Program-made: the position numbers and the translations under genes
Source: Yuukianura sp. NJ FZ-2021
Taxonomy: Eukaryota
Direction: 5' to 3'
Assembly (NCBI GenBank): GCA_046563655.1
Contig: CM102283.1
Coordinates: 5,828,001-5,892,000, forward strand
DNA length: 64,000 nt
Shown: piece by piece, positions 1-12,739 of the stretch
How the letters are laid out: the number at the start of each line of letters is the position of its first letter
How positions within the stretch are numbered: the stretch's first letter is position 1
The notes under the pieces: generated by a model
Told to the model about the DNA's origin: nothing
Seen by the model: the letters and a program-made list of their open reading frames with translations, nothing else
The model's database searches: none

Positions 1-686
1 GTTCCTAAAAAGTTCAGTCGGACAGTGACAGTGAAGTTAGAATTTCAGTAGTACTGGCTTGTCAGTTAATGTTTTCATACATTTCGGCGCTATTTTAAGA
101 ATTTAAGAATCGTTTTGATGGAAGTGATGAGTAGTTACTGGTTTGGAATACTAAATGTTGAAATACGTTTTGGTCAGATCCATTAGGAATGTCATAATTA
201 CTCCTTCTTTTCACCTTTGTAGCTTGATTACCAAATCATCACGGTCCAAGGTTGTGTAGTAAGTGTAGGCGGAATGGCGGAAACTTTTGTTTACACTTAA
301 AGTGGCAGGAGGTGGACGAAAGACGTCGTGACTTTAAATGGGAGATGCTAAATTTTGGGCGTAGCTACTTGGAAACTTGGATTGCTTCAAGTTTCAAGTA
401 AGGATAGGAGAGCGGACGTGATTTTGCATTCGACTTGAAGAAATTGGAGAACGGAGATGGTCGTCGTCCCAGGCGTAATGGAGGCATCAGTTTCGTAACT
501 TTAGTCTTCTAGGCTCCGCAAGTTGATTCTTTGAGCAGTGCAGGAGTGCAATTCACACGGTTTCAGATTTGCGTTTAGTGGTACACGCGAAATTTCGGAA
601 TTAGCATCACTTATCGTCAAAGTGTTGTTAAAGTGTAAACGAATGTTTTGAAGAAGAATTTAGAAATTTCAAATTCAGTTTTGGAA

Positions 687-3600
687 ATGGTACATTACGT
701 GGATTCTCGTAACGGAAGAAGCAGTGAACAGACAATGACAGTAGTAAATTCACTAGATGTGAATAAAAACAATCGGACACTTAAACCTGTCGGGGATTCC
801 TTAAAACACAATGTAAGAAACCTAGATTTTAGTAAAAGTCGTGACCAGGTTTTAGGAATAGGTTAATTACCAGTTCATGTAGAAATAAATCATAAATCAA
901 TGGCGTTAATTTTGTTACGTTTGGTGAAATGAGTACAGTAAAACACCTCAGTAATACTCTATAACATGAAAAAGTTTCAAATACATACACAGCTATGTTA
1001 AATTCACAGATTCTATTTCTGAAAGTCTTGATTTGTCTAAAATCCAAATACCTAAAAAAATATTTGTGTTTTGCCACCGTTAAGTGGAAGCGACAAAAGT
1101 GTTGCAAAATGGCAAAATGAGGGGTTTCGCTGTAATTTACAAATTCTAAACTTTTTTTTGTTTGTTTCAGGCTAAACAAAGGGCTTCCATAAAATGGCTC
1201 CTGAGCAAAGCCTACAACAACCAGACTCCGGATGACCTTGTGGAGCCCTTCTACAGGGACCATGAGGTACTTTATCACAAAACAATATGAAGAGAGTACG
1301 AATGTTGCCAGTATCATAAAAACACTATCAACAAGACGAATTGTGTCAGTTTAAAGGCCTCTTTGCCACGCCAAGTCGCGGTTTCTTGGGTTGTAATCAA
1401 AGTAATGGATCCAATTTGTCTCCACTGGCTACACCACCATTTGTCTCAACCCCCTTGAGCTTCCTGTTCCACTCTTCTGACATTTATAATTCAAAGGAAG
1501 CCATAAAGTACCCCCAATTCCATGTTAGGTAGTAAGAGGTGTGTGGTGTGTGCATAGGGAGATAACTTTGTTACGATTGATTACATGTCCAGGAAAAAAT
1601 GTAACTTGGCGGGTTGAGTCAAAAGGAGTGAATGGCAAATTGAACTTGACAGGTTTACCCGCCTCTGATGAAGATGAAGCTGAAATTTTGAAAAAATCCT
1701 AAGATTAACTTTAATTCTTTGTTTTCAGGGGGAGGAGCATTTGAAGCCGTTTATCGTGAAGGGCCTGTCGGATGCTGAATTGTACTGTCGTGCCCTGTGC
1801 AATTTGTATGCTGACCCCAATTACTCACAACTTAGTCCATGGGGTGTAGTTCAAGCAATGGCGAGGAAGGGGTCCTATGTCCAGACTCCCCACGACATGA
1901 CACTTACCGAAACTGTCCTTATCCAAAACAGACCTCTGCGGATTGTAAGATATGCAGCATACTTGCCAGTATTTTGTGAATATGCCAAAAGATTTGCAGT
2001 TTAATCCTGATTTTTTTGGTACAGAACGCTCATATGGCCTTGATTGAAGCAATGATGGTGTTACATGTGCGTGAATTGATCTCACCGGATCGTGTAGTTA
2101 GTAGTGTGCAGAGATATGGACCGCAAGTACATCCACGTAAGTAGTTTACAATTCAAAACAGCTTGGCTTTTCTTTTCAACTGCTTCTATTTTAACGTTGA
2201 AACTTGCACAAGAGTAAGTTGCCTAACTCTGGAATCTTGTGCACTGCATTAACTGTTGGAATTTACATTTCCTTTTTGCTCCCGCGTAAAAAGTGAGGAT
2301 TTGGTTCGGTGCAGGTGAAATGCCGTCGGATACGGAAGAAACGTTTTTACTCTGGATAAACAGAGCTGTACTGGCCATCAAGGAACACATCCAGTCACAT
2401 AGCCAAAGGAAAACAGGACTGGTGAGTGAAAATAGTACAGTATAAACTCTCATTGTGCAACTTTTAGCTCCGTATCTACGTATAAACGAAGAATACGCTT
2501 TGCGTGGTACTTCAGAATCAGATGTGTTAAAATTTGAAGCTGAAAACTTCCTGAACCAACCAATCCGAACGTGTTGCGCAATGAGAGGTTCTGCTGTAAT
2601 TAACACTTAGGAAGGTTGAATCATAATTAGCGAAAACATAGTTGAATTGATTGTTGTATTTTTGTAACAGACTAGCATCCAGCTTGAGAATTGGACTAAT
2701 CTTCCACTGTTTCAAGACTTTTCGGACCTTGGTGACGGAGTTGGACATTGCGCCCTACTGGCCTTCTATTGTCCAGATGAGATTTCAATTTCGGAGATTA
2801 TCGTTCCAACTGCCGGAGAGCCACTCAACGTTTCCGACAGCCTTTGGAATCTACAACTACTGCAACGTGTATGTCGAGAGTCCCTGCCGTTCAACGTCCT
2901 TCATTTCACTTTCGAAGATCTCCTCTACTTCAACGATTCCCTCAAGCAAAATCTGTTCTCCTTTCTCGCCGACATTTTCTATCTGATGGAGCTCAAGCCT
3001 TGCTCCGTCGTTAAACCGCTAGGGAGTTCCGCTCCGCCCGGAATGCCAATGAGCAGAGGTAATTTTTCATAAAAGTTGCTTCTTTTTTGACACTCCAATC
3101 ACTGAAAGCTTTAACGAGTGGCTGGGTTGGTGTTGGTCAGTTTTGAATTTGAATTGTTGAATGACCTTGAATTTGTATTTTCCCCCGCTTTTGCTACAAT
3201 TTCTGGAGGAGTAGACGACGAATCCCACTTGAGAAGAATACGCCGAGGGTTTGTGTATCAATCGCTATTGAATGCGTCTCAAATGCCAAACCTGAGAACT
3301 TCACTTTATACGCCTTCAGGTTTGGGATCTAATTTAGAAATGTCTTTAACATGGCTTTAATTGATTCTTGATTACTGTAATTACGCTACACCATTTACTA
3401 CAATCAATTTCCCTTGAAGCTTTCGCAGATAACGTACAGCCAAAGACTGTTTTCGTAGGTTTTACTTCAAATTTCTTCTTTCTACAGTGAAACCCCTCAT
3501 TGCACAACATGGAAAATATTTCGGTTGATACCGTAAAGTTTCTGATTAATTGCACTTAAGCTTAATTCAAATCACTGATTTGAATTTAGCGAAGTCTATT

Positions 3601-6600
3601 TACTATTAGATTCTCTCAAAAATTTGAATTTTAGGGTGTCGCGCCATGAAATGAAGGAGAGTAAACGTATTGCGCAAAGAGGGGTTTTACTGTACCTGTT
3701 TATTTCTGTGATTCTTGTGGAATTATGATTTGGTTTAATTCATTTACAAATCTGGCGTGGGAGATAGTTTTGGATCTTTCCATTGTGCATGGGCGTTATT
3801 GTGCGTTGTATATGGACATTCAGTCCGCCTAGGTACAAAAGAATTTGAACAGGTTCTAAAGTTGTACACCTTGGTTCCTTTACAGATCGTTCTCCATTTC
3901 ATTCCCAATCTGCATCTACTACGCCGAAGAAAGTTGCTAATGCTGGGAACACCAATACTGTTCAGATTCACGAAAGAAAGAAAAGTAGCACCAATATTTT
4001 TCTGGGAGACAGTTCTTCTGGACGAAGATCTCCGACGGGTTCGGTGGTCTCGATTCCTCTGCGTCGGTCACAGACACCAGAACGGTACATCGAAAAAGCA
4101 CATTCGGAGAGATCAAGGAGAGACCGTGACAGACAACGGTAACTTTTGTTTACTTTTTTAAGAAAAAGATGTTTGGGTTGAATTGCAAATCAATGCTAAT
4201 ATTTTTTTTTGGAATGCATTATAGGTACTGCGGAAATTCGAGCGAGGATTCGGAAGAATTTGTGGTCCACAGAGGCAGAAATGTACCAACGCTGAGTCAA
4301 GTTATTCGGTCCATGTCTCCGTCTTCCCAGGACGAAAGAAGTAGTCCTGGCAGTCGTATCTCAAGTTCACGTCCTGAGCATTATCAAGCTACCACGCTGA
4401 ATACCGACGATGATAACGGAATTCCAGCAGCAGGACGACCAACGAGTTTGGGAGCTAACAAAACGTCTTATGCGGGACGACGTTCTCGCCGAAACTCATT
4501 TTCTGAAGCCGATTCTCAACTGACGGTGGAGAATTTTGGTGGATCCCAGGAAAAGTTGAATCGATTCGTGATGGAGCGGAATCCAGATAAACAACCGGCC
4601 ATTGTTACTGACAATACTCCGTCACCAGTACGATACCCTAAGAGGAATCCGTCTGTGGAAGAGAACACGAGACGTTCTTATGGAGATTCTCCACGCCAAT
4701 ACAGCGATGTGTCACAGCATCGTGATCACAGTATTGATAGAGATGCTGACAGAGATACTCGGCGGGACCGGGAGAGAACGGCAAGTTCTAGTGATGATGG
4801 AATTCTAAATGAACCTCCGCCGCCATTTTGGGGCAGAAAGAAACCTCAAGCATCAAGCAACTACTCACAACCACAAGAGAGTTCTCCGCATGTGCAAAGG
4901 AATGAGGCATTGGCTCCGCATTTCAGAACCAGTGATACCAACGGACGGCAACCAGAAAATGTCACTGTCTATGTCGTAAATGAAGGAAGTCGTGGTAAGT
5001 TGTGAATTGAGTTTGAAATTTTTGTATTAGTGTTAATCATGTGTTTCTCTTGTTCGTGATTCTAGATATACCGTACAGGAGCACCAGCTTGTCCAACCTC
5101 TCCCGCCTGTCAGACGTTCCGAACAAACCTTTGAATATCGTCTATCTTCCAAACAACACTGGAAATGTAAACTACGGTAGTAACGGCTATGAAGACACGA
5201 AGCAACCAACCAATAGCAATTCTGGGTCACAAGGCTATTCCCCAGCAGTATCTTCAGTGCAGCATGGGAATTCTAGACTGTCAGGTTCTTCTGGTGATAG
5301 TTACAGACCACCTCCAGCGTCTTATGTCGACATAGCACAAGCTCCTGGAGAAGATTTTGATACTGAAGATCTAGCCGCTCAACTAGCTTCTATTAGACTC
5401 AAACTGGAAGAAAAGCGAAAAAGAATTGAAATGGAAAAAGGACGAATGGAAACGATTGCAACGAGGAATCAATCCAAGTTGGGAAAAGCAGCGTATCTCA
5501 AAGCCATCAACAAAGTAGGTTTTATTTATTAAGTTTGATTGCTTTTGGTTCAATTTCGGGCTAAAGGTTTTTAGCTTGTGTCAGGACAATTGAAACGCTT
5601 TTCGTTAGGAAAACGACAGTGGCTTTGTTATTTTGTCTTTTTCTTTTGTAAATTGCCCACACTTTTAAATCTATTGCTTGGTGGTGGTGGCTTTTCATTT
5701 TCTGGGATTATTGTAATTTGTTTGCAGGGAAGAGTGGAAGGAAGTGAGGGGCTAAGTAGTTCCAGCGGTGGTGGTGGGTTAACGGACTCCTTAAATGTTT
5801 CCTCTCCAGCTACTCGGCCCCGAAAGGAACAACTTACGCTTATGGTTGGAGTCCTGTTCTTTGTTAGCTTTTATGTTGGTTGCGTCGTTGTCACTGGTGC
5901 TAATTGAGAGAGCGCCGCTCCTATGTTAACATATGAGAGAGCGGGAGCGGGCGGTCATTAAAGTTTTTCGACCGCTCTGAGCGGAGCGGGAGCGATGCGG
6001 AGGAGGGAGCGGGCGGGTGCGGAGCGGTAAAATTTTTTGCAGCAGCTGATGAGCGCCGCTCGAGCGGCGCTCTCTAAATTAGCACCAGTGGTCGTTGTAG
6101 AAATTAGTAACGCCTTCTTGTTTATCCGCAGGATTTGGAAAGCAAATGGTTGGGCAAACCCGAGGAAATCTGCCGAACACCGGAAATTGAAAGTATGGAT
6201 ACCGAAACATACCAACAATCCCTAGCTAGGTGAGCTGAGCTCGTAATATCAGTAAATAAGTTAACTATTACTACCAGCTTTGAAATGCTAACGTTCATTT
6301 TGCATAATGATTTTTAGGATGGACACAAACCTGTGTGAGCTTGAGAACGATATAGGCCGGCTAAGTATGCAGCAGGAACAATATCAAAAAGCCAAGAACA
6401 CGTTTTTTCTGCACGGTGACTCGAGCGGGTCCGAAACTGTTGATGGCGGACAACGAAAATCTGGAGGAAGTTCAAATTCCCCGGCACCAACCACTGGAAG
6501 GAGCAAGTGGGGACCACCAAGGCCCACTTTTCCTTCAAACGTTGTAACTGATGTATCATCCAAGGGCCTCCAGAACGGTGACTATCAATCTGTCAACGGA

Positions 6601-9600
6601 ACGAGTTCAAATCCATCTCCATCTTCGTTTAGGTTACATACGAACTCTGACTCTCCTGGAAATAGACTTTTCAATCGAAATTCGTAAGGAAAAGCATAAA
6701 GCATGGAGCATAAGGCAAGATAGTACTTAGAATTGATTGAGCAGTTTATTTTATTGGATGTGCTTGTTACAGAGGATCGTCAGAGGGGTCTCAAGAGCGT
6801 GAAATCGAGGAACGTCCGACACCACCACCCCGACAACGTGCAGTACATCATGTTCCTCTTCCAACACCGCCACCGGATGACATGGAACCTCAGTCAGTAT
6901 CGTTTGTTCAAGATGAGAACTCGCCTGCTACTGCCGGTGACTATCCGTCGCTTGCGAGCCGCAGATCGCTGCAAATCACATCGGGATCAAAGACGTATAG
7001 AATCACACCAGAATCTGGTTCTCCACCGCGCCCATCTGCTCATCGGTTTTTCAAAAATGAAGTTCCCAGCGGTAAGAGTCTATATAATTGCAGATTAGAT
7101 TTGGTTTCGTGACCCAGAGGTCAAGAGGTCAAGTATGATTCAAGTGTAAGTGAAGCATAATTTTGTTTACTTATTTTCCTCAGAACAAGATGCAAACTTA
7201 GCACAAGGATTTTATATCGCGATGGACGAAGGACCAAAGGGACCTAAACCACCATTACGAGCAAAACGAATGAATGAAGGGAGACCAGCATCACAAGATC
7301 TGTCGTCTGCTTACGTTGCTTCCATAGTCGAACAAGACACGAAACAAAGAGGGACGGAGGAAGTAACTAAAGAGTCTGAAGCTCTCCGACGGTTTGAGAT
7401 GGACGAATCAAGAATTAGGGGCGAGTTAATTATTGATGAAAAAGAAAGACTGGATTCTGTAAGTAGAGTATCTTAATTCTGTTTTGGACTTGTTTGGAAC
7501 CTTATGCCATTTATATTTTTGTCTATTAGATGGAACTAGATTTAATGGAGAAAAAGAAGGAGAAATTCCTACTTCAGTCACTGAGACGTCAGCAGCAAGT
7601 AGAAGAACAGCGTCGAAAGAAGGAACAGGCGCTTCAGAGACAGAAAGAGGAAGAAGCGGCCAGAGCAGAAGAAAAGGAACGGAAGAAGGAAGAGGAAAAG
7701 TCACGGAAGCAGGCGATTCTCGAGTCTTACCGTATGAAGAAACAAGAGGATCTTCAAGACGTAAGCAATTTTTGCTTAAATTGAAGACGAACAATTCAGT
7801 ATAACATTGATGATTTTATGTTTCTTAGGGAAAGGGATGGGAAGTACAAGAAAGCAATGCGAAGAAGTTTATGAGACCGAAGAGTGGCCCGCCAGGGAGC
7901 ACAAGGCAGAGACCGAAGACAATCCACATGTCAGACGTAGAAGCCGCGACAGCGGTTAACATGTATGGTCAGCGAACGACGTTGAAGCGGAGTGACAGTC
8001 AAAGCTCCACGTCAGGATTAGGCCGGTCAGTTGGAAAACGCGGCTCATCGAATACTTTATACTCAGGTGCTCCTTCAGGTTAGCAAACTGGAATTGACTG
8101 AAGCCATTCCTTGAAAAGATTTCAAAATTGATGAATTTTGATTTTGATGATTCCAAAATATGTCAATTTCAGGTGCTGAATCGAGACAAGGACGCCGTGA
8201 TCCATGGGGTTCAACTTCATCGTTAAATCAAGGTAAATTAATTTCATTTTTGTATTTCATTTGCTTTGGTTGGTATTTAGTAGCACTTTTTTGTTGTTAC
8301 TGCATGAGCAATATTTTGGAATGCGTTGATTTTAAAGATAACCGCCGTGGATTTAGCAGTGTGAAATCAGGGGGATATAATAGTCGATCACACTCGCGTC
8401 CTCGAGATCACTCTACATCAAGGCTCGAAGGTAATGGGAGTGTTAATTAAAAAAGTTTTAGTTAATTACTCCTTGTAGTAGGGTTGATTCATGCATGAAA
8501 ATATTTGGCATGGCCATGATATGTTTTGACACTGTTTTTAAGTCCGTTCGAGACGAGACAGTGGTAGTTATTTGGGTTCCCAGGACTTTCTACCACGCGG
8601 AAGTTCTACGTCATCCTTACTGGATGGTTAGTTTTTGTTTTTCGTTTGCTTGTTTTAGTCACCTGAATGACGACATTTTGTTCTTAGCACGATTTGCTTG
8701 GGCTTTGGTGATTTAGTAGTTTTGTTGGGTCTGGTCTACCATTGGTGAAGGTGTTTCTGTTTAAACTAGCCGGGCTTTTCTTTTCTTCATTTTGAAGCAG
8801 GTACGGATGATTCCGGTAGTCGATGCTCACCAATTTCATCGGATACGGATAAATCCAGAAGGCCGAAGACTACCACTAATTCTCCAAGGGCTGGACTGTC
8901 TCTGCAAATGAAGCAGCCTGCTGCAATACGCCCTACGACGCTTATCTCACCCACTACAACGTCTAAACCTTGTAAAATTTGCACTGTCTCAATCTTGTTT
9001 CTCAAATTGCTTCTTCGTGCTAAATTTCAAGAGCTTCCTTTGATCCGCTTGGTTTAGAACATGTGAGTAATATTGTTTGTTTGTAGGGCCTGGGTCACTA
9101 CCGTCTGGCCTGGTACAGCGTCGCAGATTCGATGATGGTGCGAGTGATATTTCATCTGTCATCAGTTCCAACATGGACTATTCAGGTACAATGATCAATT
9201 GATTTGAGTAATTGCGTTAAATGATATACTAAACTCCTATGCGTTTTGCAGGTCTCAGATTATACAAACAACCCGCCGCCAAATCGAATCGGTCCATTAT
9301 CTTGAACGCAGTGGAGTACTGCGTCTTCCCTGGTGCTGTGAATCGAGACTCGAAACTCCGAGTTTTAGACGAAATTAATCAAACGGAAGCTAAACATTTC
9401 CTTATCATGTTTCGAGATGCCGGTTGTCAATTTCGAGCCATTTATGCCTACTGTCCGGAAACGGATGAAATTGTGAAGTTATTTGGTACAGGACCACGCG
9501 CTGTCACGGACGCCATGTTTGATAAGTTCTTTAAGTAAGGAAACATTTCATTTTCGAAACTATTAGTGAAAGTATTGATGATTAGTTAGAGAGACGTAAG

Positions 9601-9783
9601 TTTTGTGTGTGTGATTTTTGTGACTTTTGTTTTTGTAGATATAACTCTGGTGGAAAGTGCTTTAGCCAAGTTCACACAAAACACTTGACTGTTACCATTG
9701 ATGCTTTTACGATTCACAATTCGTTGTGGACTGGAAAGAAGCCACCGGGAACTAAGACTAAGGACATGACACTCGTCATTTGA
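687..9783 (+). CDS. Patronin: Patronin / CAMSAP microtubule minus-end binding protein (multi-exon; first exon uncertain)
   Basis: Exon 1171-1266 encodes AKQRASIKWLLSKAYNNQTPDDLVEPFYRDHE and the next exon HLKPFIVKGLSDAELYCRALCNLYADPNY (CAMSAP N-terminus). Coiled coil LASIRLKLEEKRKRIE at ~5380. C-terminal CKK domain LYKQPAAKSNRSIILNAVEYCVFPG...FRDAGCQFRAIY, last exon YNSGGKCFSQVHTKHLTVTIDAFTIHNSLW, TGA at 9781-9783. The start at 687 is a candidate exon (687-848) only. Confidence 0.93.
5892..6090. mobile_element. hAT-like MITE in a Patronin intron
   Basis: About 29-bp terminal inverted repeats CACTGGTGCTAATT(G/T)AGAGAGCGCCGCTC, a perfect 8-bp direct repeat GTCGTTGT at 5884-5891 and 6091-6098, and internal GAGCGG repeats. 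Confidence 0.9.
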
Positions 9784-10741
9784 GGGCAGGGTAACTCCCT
9801 GCCCCTGTCAATTTATCATCGATCAAATACCAAAGTTTAATCGAAACTTCCCTTCGTCGTTTTTTAATTTTAAGTATTGCTACCTCAGGATCACTGTGCT
9901 CTCAAATAAATTCTTCCCACCCTCCTCATCACAACTAACTTAACCAAATCTTAACAATAATTGTAACAAGCTTGTTGTTAACTGCTTGTTTATTCGATTT
10001 GGTCCATTCCATGTTTAACTAATGCAGCTAAAATACTAGTAGAGTACTGCTCAGTATCGCATTCCGACTAGAATCCCCATTTCCTTTTAATTCTAGTACC
10101 TTTTTTGTTAATTTAAGTTAAAATAATTTTAGTCAGCTTTTTGTTTTTTCTTAACTTAAAGTATTACTTTGCACGACACTTGAGAAGCTGACGGTTTTTT
10201 GAAATTTTCCAAGCTTCCGGTTCTCGAAAAATTGGTGAATTGTACGCTCGCCTAACAGGAAACTGTTTGAAAATGTTAAAAATGTTAAAAACAAGCTGAT
10301 TTTTCTAAAAAGTTAAGCGAATTGTGGCGAGTGTCCTTATTAGCAAGTTCAGTGTGAAGCTACTACTATATGCATTGTACAACCCAAGTTAACTTAAATT
10401 TGACACGGTGCATTTAAAACTAAAACTCTCCAACTACTAAAAATTACATGACTTACCATATAAAATCTACTGATGGCTTTTGGTGTGCCAATTTCTATTC
10501 TAATAAAATATTACAAATGAGCTCGAAAACAATTTGTAAGCTTGTAGTAGTTTTTGATTTAATTCGTGTGAAGATTTACGTGTTTAGACTAATCGATTCT
10601 CTTGTAAGTTACTCAGTCTTATGCGTTACGTTTAAATTGGAATGCTGTGGGTTCTTGCGGTACTTGTAATTTAGGAATTTTGATTGAGAGGAAATGTTGA
10701 CTGCTTGATGAATTTTTTGGAGATGGAGAAGGTAGTCGTTT

Positions 10742-11312
10742 TTAGCACTTCTTATTCTTGTCCTGTGATTACAAAACAAAAGATTACCAAACTTCAGTTA
10801 ATTTAGATTGGTCAAAAACGTATTTGCATCATTAAGGTTACCATGCCAAGTGGAGCAGGTTCGCAACTGTTGTCGTTCTTCTTCGGTGCAGCCTTGGACG
10901 ACGATCCTGACTTGGAAGCTGGAGTTGGACACTGCTCGACCTTGGTGGGTGGTGGTGGACAACATTTGGTAGCTGCTGGCGGTGGACAGGCCCCACAATC
11001 GGATGCTGGGCAAGTAAACGTAGCCGTTGGTGGAGGGTTGCATTTCGGTGGTGGTGGACATGGTTCAGGACATTCTGGTGGTGGAGCTGGACAGCAGTCT
11101 GGCTTCCCGACACTGCATCCGCCTTTCAGTTGCTCGCACTTCTCGATGAGCGGAGGATTGTTTCCCAAGCCAGCACACTCACGAAGGTGGTCCTTCAATG
11201 GTTTTTGGCAGTCCTGGATAGAAAAGTTAAAAATGAGGAAATACTGATGATAGATGATTAAATAGACTGATGCGCTTAGTACACTAACCTGGTTGTCGTT
11301 GCAGTTGCTCAT
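10742..11312 (-). CDS. Small Cys/Pro-rich protein of unknown function (3 coding exons)
   Basis: MSNCNDNQ|gt..ag|DCQKPLKDHLRECAG...CCPAPPPECPEPCPPPPKC...CEPAPLGM|gt..ag|DKNKKC*. Both introns are canonical and phase 0. Confidence 0.75.
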
Positions 11313-12739
11313 GATGATTGAGGAAGTATCAAAGTTGACAGAAATCGATTAAAAATCGAAAGTTTGTCCAAAAAGATTGAAAAGGAAGGAGAAATTCAAA
11401 AGTACGTCCTACCTCTCCGACGTCTCGAATGCAACTGAGTGGGAGATGCAAGAGCAAAGAAGACAAAGGAGGAAACAGCTGTCTACAAGTCACGCATGCG
11501 CAAACATCTCTGCGTAGAGTCTTGCGCCGTTGCCAGAGTAACAAATGCGTAACAAAATTACAAAATTCATCCCTCGGACAATACCAATACCAAAACGAAC
11601 ACAGAATCGTTACAGGAATTTTCGTCATGCTATCTGAAATGAGATTTTGAAAACTAAAATTAATTGTGCTTAGGTTTGGTTTATATTCGCTTGCACTGTG
11701 TTCATAATGGCCTCGGCTATGAAATGCTACTATGAAACTGAAAATTTATATGTTAGTTTTAAAAAATATTCAATCTATAATTTAGTAACTTGCATAATTA
11801 GTTCCAGAACAAAAGTTCATTGACATGCAACCTTAATTTCACGGACTCAGATTTTTAAAAACGCACGAAGTCATGATTTTCTAATTAGCTTCGGTTGTTT
11901 AAAATTACTCCAGGCTTAAAATACATTCGATTCACAATGAGTCATTCCCAAGAATTTTCCGTATTCTGAGTCAGCCAGTACATTTGTAAAATGCATAGGT
12001 TGAGGTACTTATGGAAATAGCATAAGGAACGGAAGGGGAAGAAGGGGATGGATGATAAGGGTACAGGGATATAGGAAAGTTACCCGAATTTGGCCAGACT
12101 TTGTCCCCTCTGCTCCTGTCCAGACCAAGCATAGCATCTAACTTAATGCATCGACTCTGTACAGGGCACACCACTCCCTTTGTCGCTTTATTTCATCTTT
12201 TGTGTAAAGTGAAGGAGACAATGCCCTCTACGTCCCTTTTCCATTTGGCGTCTGTGTATTTGAGACGCTGTCTGAAAGCTGTGCTGTGTGATCCACCAGA
12301 GAGACCCACCCAGGAGCCCCACCACCCTAGGGCTTTCCTCCTCTCCCTTCTATAAGGCAGACGCCTCATCTCCACTCACTCTACAGACAACTACGGAGAC
12401 TCCACCGCCCCAAAATCCGAAACGAGACAGACAGGAGAGGACGACAGGCTTGTTCAAACTAAACGCAACATTGACGGGTAAGGAACCAATTCTTCTGTTT
12501 CGTCCACCGCTGGTAGTCAATTAACTAATTTGTATCGATTTGTTAGCTTAAAGGTTAGTGTGGTCTTCGAATACTTCGGGCTTCCGGTATACAGTCGACG
12601 TTAACTCTTCATCATCTTCATTCATCTCTCCGCTCCCGCTCCATTCCAGTTTGCACAAGGGTAAGTTATAATTTCATGTTTAAACGATAAAGTATGAACA
12701 AGTCGACATTTATGTCCGTTTTGGTCAGTACTAGGTAGG

